From IMG/VR virus record IMGVR_UViG_3300050196_000504, positions 1 to 45,682 of that record: a stretch of DNA of 45,682 nucleotides; one strand, written 5' to 3'. Each line of letters starts with the position of its first letter. Within the stretch, counting starts at the first letter, position 1. Made by a program: the position numbers and the translations under genes. This DNA is from a virus. Its lineage: Duplodnaviria; Caudoviricetes. A model generated the notes under the pieces. It worked only from the letters and a program-made list of their open reading frames with translations, did not search any database and was not told the origin of the DNA. Shown here piece after piece: positions 16,028-22,736 of the stretch.

Positions 16028-16182
16028 GACACCGCCAGAGGGTTAAGCGCCTGCAAAAACATCGCTATCAAAACGATGCCAGAACCTGGTGGCTGCGTAC
16101 TACAGGGGCTGGCCGCGCAATTTTGCGGGTAGAGGCTGCCGGGGCGCTTGTTTTCCGCCTTTTTCAGGAGGCACTGGAATGA
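16024..16182 (+). CDS. small basic hypothetical protein
   Basis: MRHRQRVKRLQKHRYQND..., ATGA coupling at both ends. Confidence 0.45.
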   Translation: MRHRQRVKRLQKHRYQNDARTWWLRTTGAGRAILRVEAAGALVFRLFQEALE

Positions 16183-16355
16183 ACTGGACAAAAACAGGTG
16201 AGAGCCTGGCTTGTGGGTCGTGGAAGATCCTTCGATTCCGGCTGGCCAGCCCGCCAAGGTACGAGTTGTGGGACTGGCCGGATTTTATAAGCGAATTTTC
16301 AACATCCGATGAGGCAAAAGCTGCAGCGGAACAGATTAGCCGCAAGGCGGCATAG
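16179..16355 (+). CDS. small hypothetical protein
   Basis: MNWTKTGESLACGSWKILRF...DEAKAAAE, AGGAGG RBS. Confidence 0.6.
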   Translation: MNWTKTGESLACGSWKILRFRLASPPRYELWDWPDFISEFSTSDEAKAAAEQISRKAA

Positions 16356-16363
16356 GGGGAGAG

Positions 16364-16645
16364 ATGAAGGATCCTGATCTTGTTGTTTGCTCGAATGGAC
16401 CGGCGCCTGTAGCGAGGCGGTACCCGGCATTGTCTGCGCTAGACACGCAGGAAGGCGGCCAACACTACAAAGGCATGGTTATTCAGCCAATTGAGTACAT
16501 CACCAAAAATGGCCTCGATTACATGCAGGGGAATGTCGTGAAGTACGTTAGTCGGCACAAGAACAAGAATGGTGCGGAGGATGTCAGAAAGGCCATCCAC
16601 TACCTCCAATTGATCCTTGAGCTTGAGTACAGCGAAAAAGCGTAA
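16364..16645 (+). CDS. DUF3310 (SaV / gp1.7-like) protein
   Basis: QEGGQHYK..IQPIEYI...GNVVKYVSR..KNGAEDVRKAIHYL. Confidence 0.9.
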   Translation: MKDPDLVVCSNGPAPVARRYPALSALDTQEGGQHYKGMVIQPIEYITKNGLDYMQGNVVKYVSRHKNKNGAEDVRKAIHYLQLILELEYSEKA

Positions 16646-16684
16646 CAATCCGGCCATGGGGATGGCCAAACGAAAGGGGATGAC

Positions 16685-18226
16685 GTGGAACATGGGCTGA
16701 AGTGCACACACTGCGGATCAACAGGGCCGCATCGAATACATGCCAGGGCCGCCAGGCGGCTCCAGTGCCGAGACTGCGGGAGGACATTCAGGGAGAGCAT
16801 GGCCATAGCTGGGCGTACCGCAAAACAGAAGACGGGTTCCCGCTTCGTCGTGACGTCCGCGGTCTCTGGCTCACGGGTGCATGAGCCATTTCTGGCATCG
16901 CTACGCCAGTATTGCCGCGAGAACGGCGCAGAACTGCTAGTTGTGCCTATTCGCTACCGTAACCCAACGAGCGCCATGGAGCGTCCGGAGGACTGGTTTG
17001 ATCCGATGCTGACCAGAAACATGATCCGCGATCGAGTAGAGCTGTGCCGAGGCCTGATCCTGATGGCGGACGTATCGACCCAGCCAACCGCCGTGCGTCC
17101 ACTATCTGGAATGCAAAATCTCTCTGGAGATGCGTCGGCAATCTACGGTCACCCGAAAATTGCCCTTGAGTCCATCGCTAGAGGTGTTACTGGGTTGTCA
17201 AAATTGGTTATGACAACCGGTGCCGTGACTCAGCCGGTATACAGCAAGACCAAGGCCGGGAAAAAGGGGGAGTTTCATCATGTGCTTGGCGCGGTTGTGG
17301 TTGAGATTGATGGCAATGCATGGCACGCGCGGCACATTAACGCATCCAGGGACGGATCATTTGTTGATCTGGACCGGAAATACAGCCGAAGTGGCGCGAA
17401 GCGCGAGAGCCACGCCCAGGCCCTAGCGTTGGGTGATCTGCATGGCGTTCGTCATGATCCATCGGTCCTGCAGGCAACCATATTTGCTGATGACAGCATT
17501 GCCAAAACCCTAATGCCGGAGGTGATTGTCCTGCATGACGTACTCGATTTCCATTCTGCCAGCCACCACAACGACTATTTCGACCGTGTGAGGCTGTTTC
17601 ATGAAACAACCCAGGGTAAATCATTCGGAAATGTGGCTGCAGAGCTGGGTACAACGCTGGCGTTGCTCGACAGGATCATAGAGGAAACCGGCTCACGTCT
17701 GATAGTTGTTGCTTCGAACCATGACAGCCATTTTTACCGGTGGCTGGAGGACGCGCGAAACGCACAGGATCTGCAGAACGCAGAAATCTACCACGAAACA
17801 AAGCTGGAGCTGGTTAAGGCCGCTATTCAACAGCGGCATGCGGACCCGTTGGTCTACTGGGCATCCAAGCTGATGAAGCACTTCTGCCAGGCCACGTTCC
17901 TCGCTCCGGAGGACAGTTACGAGATCGATGGCGTGGAATACAGTCAGCACGGAGACAAGGGCATCAACGGCGCACGAGGCTCGCTGCATGGCTACACGCG
18001 CGCCGGCATAAAAATGGTGATTGGGCACAGCCATACGCCAGGGATTGCAGATGGTATCTACCAGTGCGGGACATCCAGTTTGCTGAAAATGGGATACAAC
18101 CAGGGGCTGTCAGGATGGCGGCACACGCACTGCGTGCAGTATTCATCCGGCAAACGGGCTTTGATCAACATCGTTGACGGCCAGTGGCGCGCGCAGCCAG
18201 TGGCACAAGGAGCGGAGGCAGCATGA
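16685..18226 (+). CDS. T5 A1-like calcineurin-fold metallophosphoesterase/nuclease with N-terminal Zn ribbon
   Basis: CTHC/CRDC ribbon, RFVVTSA, GDLH, HDVLDF..SHH, SNHD, QHGDKGINGARGS, GHSHTPGI, GKR. Confidence 0.75.
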   Translation: MEHGLKCTHCGSTGPHRIHARAARRLQCRDCGRTFRESMAIAGRTAKQKTGSRFVVTSAVSGSRVHEPFLASLRQYCRENGAELLVVPIRYRNPTSAMERPEDWFDPMLTRNMIRDRVELCRGLILMADVSTQPTAVRPLSGMQNLSGDASAIYGHPKIALESIARGVTGLSKLVMTTGAVTQPVYSKTKAGKKGEFHHVLGAVVVEIDGNAWHARHINASRDGSFVDLDRKYSRSGAKRESHAQALALGDLHGVRHDPSVLQATIFADDSIAKTLMPEVIVLHDVLDFHSASHHNDYFDRVRLFHETTQGKSFGNVAAELGTTLALLDRIIEETGSRLIVVASNHDSHFYRWLEDARNAQDLQNAEIYHETKLELVKAAIQQRHADPLVYWASKLMKHFCQATFLAPEDSYEIDGVEYSQHGDKGINGARGSLHGYTRAGIKMVIGHSHTPGIADGIYQCGTSSLLKMGYNQGLSGWRHTHCVQYSSGKRALINIVDGQWRAQPVAQGAEAA

Positions 18227-18432
18227 AGGTCACGATCACAGAAACTGAAATTGTTATCGATGGCGCAGAGTATGACCAATCAGCATTCGGCCATGGTTAC
18301 ACCTGCCGGACAGCTTCGCTTGAGGCTTGCGCATGGGCGGTTAAGCGACTCGGGCACGAGATGGAGAAATCTGCGGCGTCCTACAGAACCGGGCATCCGA
18401 CTGACAGTATTGTAATGGGTTGCGACGAATGA
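18223..18432 (+). CDS. hypothetical protein
   Basis: ATGA-coupled, GGAGG RBS. Confidence 0.6.
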   Translation: MKVTITETEIVIDGAEYDQSAFGHGYTCRTASLEACAWAVKRLGHEMEKSAASYRTGHPTDSIVMGCDE

Positions 18433-18758
18433 CTGAAACCGAACGTGAAATGCTGGAACTAGCCGCAAAGGCTGCCGGATATAGGCTCGAATGGTGCGAT
18501 TCTTGGCCTGGTGGCGGGTGCTATATGAGAGTTGTTGAGCCTGCACCTGTTGACCCTATTATTTCAAAACGCACTCCGTGGCAGCCGTTAGATGATGATA
18601 GTGACGCGCTGCGTCTAGCGGTAGTTCTTCCAATAATCGACATTGGCAGAGCTATTTTAGAGGCGTGGCAGGCATGCGGGACCGAACAGGATCGCTCGGA
18701 ATATGTCCGCCATGCACTTGTTCGCTCTGCGGCTGGTATTGGGAGAGCTATGCAATGA
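18429..18758 (+). CDS. conserved phage hypothetical protein
   Basis: REMLELAAKAAGY...WQPLDDDSDALRLAV...VRSAAGIGRAM. Confidence 0.75.
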   Translation: MTETEREMLELAAKAAGYRLEWCDSWPGGGCYMRVVEPAPVDPIISKRTPWQPLDDDSDALRLAVVLPIIDIGRAILEAWQACGTEQDRSEYVRHALVRSAAGIGRAMQ

Positions 18759-19072
18759 CCGGTCGCATGAGTCGAAACAAGGGGGCTGCCGGTGAACGTG
18801 AGTTCTGCAAGTTGCTGTCTGAAGCGTTAGGCATGGAGGTTAAACGCAAACTTGGACAGGCCCGTGATGGGGGCGATGACGCTCAGGTAGGCAAATTCCG
18901 CATTGAGGTAAAGCGCCGGGAAACACTGTCAATCGTGAAGTGGTGCGAACAGGTAGAGGCCGCTGCGGAGCCTGGGGAGGTTCCGGTAGTCGCTTTCCGG
19001 CGGAATGGCGACAAGTGGCGCGTAGTTATTGGACTAGATGATTTTCTGCCGCTGATGCGTGGCGAACTGTAA
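18755..19072 (+). CDS. PD-(D/E)XK Holliday junction resolvase-like protein
   Basis: SRNKGAAGERE, GGDD, IEVKR, PVVAFRRNG. Confidence 0.82.
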   Translation: MTGRMSRNKGAAGEREFCKLLSEALGMEVKRKLGQARDGGDDAQVGKFRIEVKRRETLSIVKWCEQVEAAAEPGEVPVVAFRRNGDKWRVVIGLDDFLPLMRGEL

Positions 19073-19087
19073 ATAGGGGATAGGGCA

Positions 19088-19585
19088 ATGGAACATATCA
19101 GCACAGCAGTAACTCGAATCGCAGGTTTTGAAGCAGTTGAAGCGCTGGAAATGTGGGGCAAGTGGCAGCGCCAAACGGCGGGCAGTGACCGGTCGCCCGG
19201 GCTAGAGGGGAATTTCCGCGCTAACCGGTGCCCAGAGTGCTACGAAAAAGACGACCCATGCGATGCCTGCAAGTACCTCAAGCCGAGCGGCGAGGCACTG
19301 GACCTGAAACTGGTGATGGCGATTGAGAAATCGATCACATACGGCACTATGCGTATTTCACTTGGTGGCGGACGAAACCGTGTGACTAATGGATGCTCTC
19401 TCAATGAGCGCGATATTCTGCTGAATCACTACCGTGGGAAAATCGACGCGGCAGGGGCGTGGAAACTGCCGGATCTGCGATTCCGTCGCGATCGGATGGG
19501 CATTCACGAGGGTCAATACGACGCCATTGTCGCCAAACTGACACAGATCGTGTGGAACCGCGCCAGGCAGAACTTATCTCGTTGA
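19088..19585 (+). CDS. late antiterminator Q-like protein
   Basis: LEMWGKW motif, CPEC/CDAC Zn finger, immediately followed by a strong promoter and terminator. Confidence 0.7.
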   Translation: MEHISTAVTRIAGFEAVEALEMWGKWQRQTAGSDRSPGLEGNFRANRCPECYEKDDPCDACKYLKPSGEALDLKLVMAIEKSITYGTMRISLGGGRNRVTNGCSLNERDILLNHYRGKIDAAGAWKLPDLRFRRDRMGIHEGQYDAIVAKLTQIVWNRARQNLSR

Positions 19586-19619
19586 CATTTTTGGTGTTAC
19601 GTTATAGCATTACTATAAC
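19582..19619 (+). promoter_or_regulatory. late promoter pR'
   Basis: TTGACA (19582-19587), 17 bp, TAGCAT (19605-19610). A second -10-like TATAAC lies near +1. Confidence 0.8.
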
Positions 19620-19687
19620 AATTTGATTGGCCGTCGAACGGCTTGCTTTGTCACCCATGCGGGTGACTTAACACGCCCAGACGAAAC

Positions 19688-19714
19688 AAAACCCGGACAT
19701 TGATCCGGGTTTTT
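19688..19714. terminator. tR' (bidirectional)
   Basis: AAAACCCGGA-CATTGA-TCCGGGTTTTT. Confidence 0.8.
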
Positions 19715-19871
19715 GCGTTTCAGGGCCAGGCGCAACAAGACAACCAATCGCTCTATTCGCCAGCCATACCGCCCTGCGCTCTATCCATTAGCGGGCGATC
19801 AGGCTGGCAATGCCGGGATGTCGGCCCTCCCAAGCGCTGCGCGCGAAAACCGACCGCGATTCAAGGCTTGG

Positions 19872-20273
19872 CTAAGGCTGGGCCTGCTTGAGCGCCATCC
19901 TGATCCAGTCCGCACCGCCAAGCCCCTGGAGCTGCTGCCACTCTGAGTCAGTAAGGCGGATAGTCCGTGATTTCGCTGGCTCGCCCGAGGCAGCTTTCCG
20001 TCCGGCACCCTCCCGCGTGCCGCCGTGCTCTGGCCACTCGATTTCATCCAGCTTGTCACGCCAGTAATCGACTGCCCCGGCTGGGCGATCAAACCGGTGA
20101 AAGGCCAGCTGTCGGTTGCTATAGGACAGGGTAGCGGCAAGCTTCTGGCCGTCGAGGTCGGTTCTGTTTACGAGTGCCGCGAAAGCGGCGGCTGCAGCGT
20201 CCCGGTCGGTAGTAACGGTCTTGGTGCCGTCCAGTACCTTCTGATCGTGGGTGCGAATGTAGGCGCGGTACAT
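19872..20273 (-). CDS. unknown N-domain fused to GGxRxGAGRK + RHH-like DNA-binding domain (candidate Acr-Aca fusion)
   Basis: About 80-aa unknown domain, then HGGTREGAGRK...SRTIRLTDSEWQQLQGLGGADWIRMAL. Second gene of the AcrIE9-like operon. Confidence 0.7.
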   Translation of the reverse strand: MYRAYIRTHDQKVLDGTKTVTTDRDAAAAAFAALVNRTDLDGQKLAATLSYSNRQLAFHRFDRPAGAVDYWRDKLDEIEWPEHGGTREGAGRKAASGEPAKSRTIRLTDSEWQQLQGLGGADWIRMALKQAQP

Positions 20274-20315
20274 GATTGGCTCCTAATAAATGCCCGCCGA
20301 AGCGGGCCGTGTTGA

Positions 20316-20579
20316 TCAGTTGCCGTAGGGCAGGTCGTACTCAACGATTGCTGCTAGGTGTTGACGATGCCAAGCTCTGGCTACCTTGCCGAGAGTTTCA
20401 ACGGTGGCGGTCAGGGTAGAACCAGAGAAGTCGCCGCCAGCACAGATTTGCTTGCCGAGCGTGCCGGTCTTCCCTTTGGACTCCAGGTAAACGTAGCCGC
20501 TATCTGCGTCGGTTGCGCTGTCACGAACGAAGAAGGTGGCGTCGCCGTGATTGCGAGTCTTGATGGTGATGGTAGCCAT
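20316..20579 (-). CDS. acrIE9: AcrIE9-like anti-CRISPR protein
   Basis: GKTGTLGKQICAGGDFSGSTL...ARAWHRQH matches my recollection of the AcrIE9 core (GKSGTLGCQICSGG..GSTL...RRWYRAH). Needs BLAST confirmation. Confidence 0.7.
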   Translation of the reverse strand: MATITIKTRNHGDATFFVRDSATDADSGYVYLESKGKTGTLGKQICAGGDFSGSTLTATVETLGKVARAWHRQHLAAIVEYDLPYGN

Positions 20580-20653
20580 GATGTCGATCCTTTATCTGAT
20601 CACCCTAGAAACCGCTAGGTCGGTGGGCTGCGTTGCTTGCTGTCCATGAGTTC

Positions 20654-20682
20654 AATATACGCTATTGTTCTTGATAGCGCAA
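20654..20682 (-). promoter_or_regulatory. promoter of acr cassette 1 with operator-like inverted repeat
   Basis: -35 TTGCGC (20682-20677), 17 bp, -10 TATATT (20659-20654). CGCTAT-N8-ATAGCG at 20660-20679. Confidence 0.7.
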
Positions 20683-20702
20683 TACGAAATCAAAACTATT
20701 TT

Positions 20703-20730
20703 AAGCCGCGCCTCTTGGTGTGGCTTTTTT
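20703..20730 (+). terminator. intrinsic terminator
   Basis: AAGCCGCGCC-TCTT-GGTGTGGCTT (with G-U pairs) followed by a T-run. Confidence 0.6.
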
Positions 20731-20751
20731 GCATTCTGGGAGATGGCAGTC

Positions 20752-20886
20752 ATGAAAACTTGATATCTGCAAACAGACGGCAAACGGCAGATGATCGATG
20801 ACCACTTGCACTCCGGCTTCGAAGAGCTCGAAAGCTGCGAGGCCGAAACATGGCTGCAGGCAAAGGCCATCCTGACCGGCGTCTGA
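20752..20886 (+). pseudogene. small ORF with in-frame TGA at codon 4
   Basis: GGGAG RBS, then MKT*YLQTDGKRQMIDDHLHSGFEELESCEAETWLQAKAILTGV. Confidence 0.45.
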
Positions 20887-20891
20887 TCGCG

Positions 20892-21077
20892 TTACTGTGA
20901 GGTCTGCTTGGCTTCCGCGAGTATCCTGCGGACCTCGGCAGCTCCGATCTGCTGGCACCACGCTTTCAGCTCCGGCGGCATTTTGATGGGGTAGAGCACC
21001 AGACCGGCCGCGCCATCCTCCGCCTTGCGGCCAGCGCCCTGGCGAGCGCCGCCGCGTTTATCCTTATGCTCAGTCAT
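20892..21077 (-). CDS. GGxRxGAGRK + RHH-like small regulator (candidate Aca)
   Basis: MTEHKDKRGGARQGAGRK...LYPIKMPPELKAWCQQIGAAEVRRIL. Start overlaps the acrIE4-like stop. Confidence 0.72.
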   Translation of the reverse strand: MTEHKDKRGGARQGAGRKAEDGAAGLVLYPIKMPPELKAWCQQIGAAEVRRILAEAKQTSQ

Positions 21078-21249
21078 CGTCACCAATTGCCTCTGCTTCG
21101 TGACCAAACGCCTCAACCTGCATGGTAATTTTTTCTTCGATGCTCAGCGCGTCGAATTCAGCTTCTGTCATTTCAGCGCCTGTGTCGAAAAATTCGCCCC
21201 ACAGTTTGAAGTCTTCAGCAATTTGAGCGTGGGTGTGATGTGCGGACAT
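21070..21249 (-). CDS. acrIE4: AcrIE4-like anti-CRISPR protein
   Basis: QIAEDFKLWGEFFD..AEMTEAEFDALSIEEK..MQVEAFG closely matches AcrIE4 as I recall it (QIAEDFRLWGEY.D..AEMTEEEF.ALS.EEK..MQVEAFG). Very acidic, 59 aa, AGGAG RBS. Confidence 0.85.
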   Translation of the reverse strand: MSAHHTHAQIAEDFKLWGEFFDTGAEMTEAEFDALSIEEKITMQVEAFGHEAEAIGDDD

Positions 21250-21297
21250 TTTGTTTCTCCTGAGCGGTTGAGTTGTGTTTCGTGCTTCCATGTTTGA

Positions 21298-21344
21298 ATA
21301 GTAATACCAATCAAAATAAATGGCAAGCATTTTTGAAAATAAAT
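21298..21344 (-). promoter_or_regulatory. promoter of acr cassette 2
   Basis: -35 TTGCCA (21326-21321), 17 bp, -10 TACTAT (21303-21298). Direct repeat AAAATAAAT at 21313 and 21336. Confidence 0.7.
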
Positions 21345-21363
21345 CCTACTTGTTGTATCCATA

Positions 21364-21390
21364 CCCGCCACGAGCGGGCTTTTTGTTTTC
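21364..21390 (+). terminator. intrinsic terminator
   Basis: CCCGC-CACGA-GCGGG followed by CTTTTTGTTTT. Confidence 0.55.
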
Positions 21391-21399
21391 AGGGATCGT

Positions 21400-21618
21400 A
21401 TGCACATGGATAAAACCCGCGTCGTATTCGATGCACTGCCGATCAGAGTGGGGCAGGAGATAGCCCTGCCATCCGGTCGGCCTGGCATCGTAAAAGAAAT
21501 CGAGCGAGACCGGGTGATATTCCAGCTGGCAGAGACTCCGAAACACCTGAGCATAGAGCAGCAGGACAGCTGGACCGTGAGCCTGCCGAGGCGGCTTGTG
21601 GCTGAGTTGATTAAATAA
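21400..21618 (+). CDS. small hypothetical beta-rich protein
   Basis: 72 aa, IRVGQEIALPSGRPGIVKEI (SH3/KOW-like). Confidence 0.6.
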   Translation: MHMDKTRVVFDALPIRVGQEIALPSGRPGIVKEIERDRVIFQLAETPKHLSIEQQDSWTVSLPRRLVAELIK

Positions 21619-21631
21619 AATCAGGGATGAC

Positions 21632-22120
21632 ATGAAAACACATATCGGCACCAAACTGGTCAAGCTGCTACCCATGACTCGCGCTGAGTACAACGAATAT
21701 CGCGGATGGAAGCTGCCCGGTAACGAGAATGGGCTGGACGAGGGTTACTTGGTTGAATATGCCGACGGCGGAAAACCAAACGATCCTCGTCATGATGGCT
21801 ATATCAGCTGGTCTCCAAAAGAGGAGGCAGATGCCGCCTATCGGCCTGCAGATGGCATGTCGTTCTGCTTGGCCATGGAAGCGCTAAAGAAGGGCCTGAA
21901 AGTCGCGCGCGCAGGTTGGAATGGCAAGGGGATGTTTGTCTATCTCGTGCCTGGATCTCAATTCAAGGTCAACCGTGCTCCGCTGCTGGGAATCTACCCC
22001 GAGGGGGAAGAGATCACCTATCGCCCACACATGAACCTGAAGGCCGCTGACGGTTCGGTTGCCGCATGGTCACCCAGTGGAAGCGACGCACTGGCAGATG
22101 ACTGGCTGATTGTCGAATAA
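21632..22120 (+). CDS. two-domain protein with C-terminal DUF2829/Tad2-like domain
   Basis: N-domain IGTK...GYLVEY.DG..GYISWSPK..AY. C-domain MSF..AMEALKKGLKVARAGWNGKGMF...WSPSGSDALADDW. Confidence 0.85.
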   Translation: MKTHIGTKLVKLLPMTRAEYNEYRGWKLPGNENGLDEGYLVEYADGGKPNDPRHDGYISWSPKEEADAAYRPADGMSFCLAMEALKKGLKVARAGWNGKGMFVYLVPGSQFKVNRAPLLGIYPEGEEITYRPHMNLKAADGSVAAWSPSGSDALADDWLIVE

Positions 22121-22157
22121 CCGATTTGCGAAAACATCCCATGAATAAGGGGCAATC

Positions 22158-22736
22158 ATGGCCCAATGCGGAGCCAAAACCCGCAGCGGGGAGCCATGTA
22201 AGCGCCATGCAATGGTCGGCTCGACCCGCTGCAAGTTGCACGGTGGCGCTGTAGCACAGGCAAATAAAGGCAATAAACACGCAGCAAAGCCGGGCTCGCT
22301 CTACAGCGATTACATGACCCCCGAGGAAAAGGCGATTGCCGCTGACCTAGAGCTGGGATCTGTCGATGAGGAGTTGCGCCTGACCCGCATCAGATTGATG
22401 CGCGCTCTGAAAAAAGAGAGCGAGTACGGCGACCAGCCTGAGCTGGACGAGCGAGTCGAACGCGATGGCGCGGAAAATGTTTCTGCCAGGCTGGAGGAAA
22501 AGTACAAGGTCCGCGACTACGTGAGCATCGTAGACCGCCTGACGGCGCGTGTTGAGTCGCTGGAAGCCAGGCGGGCGCATCTCATCCAGAGTCGGCTTGA
22601 CGCTGAGCTGAAGCGCATTGAGTTGCGTGACAAAAACTCAGGCAAGGACGAGTCGCCGGTCGGGAAAATCGTAATTGAGGTAGTTGGAGGTCAGAATGCG
22701 CGAGATCCGCATGACAATGACGGAGCCGCAGGCTAG
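22158..22736 (+). CDS. terS: terminase small subunit
   Basis: CGAKTRSGEPC...RCKLHGG, GNKHA..G.YS, directly upstream of and overlapping TerL. Confidence 0.8.
   Translation: MAQCGAKTRSGEPCKRHAMVGSTRCKLHGGAVAQANKGNKHAAKPGSLYSDYMTPEEKAIAADLELGSVDEELRLTRIRLMRALKKESEYGDQPELDERVERDGAENVSARLEEKYKVRDYVSIVDRLTARVESLEARRAHLIQSRLDAELKRIELRDKNSGKDESPVGKIVIEVVGGQNARDPHDNDGAAG

Noticed and set aside
16685-16800. IS1 InsA-like zinc ribbon suggesting an insertion sequence
   Set aside because: It is in frame with the phosphoesterase, with no transposase or terminal inverted repeats seen.
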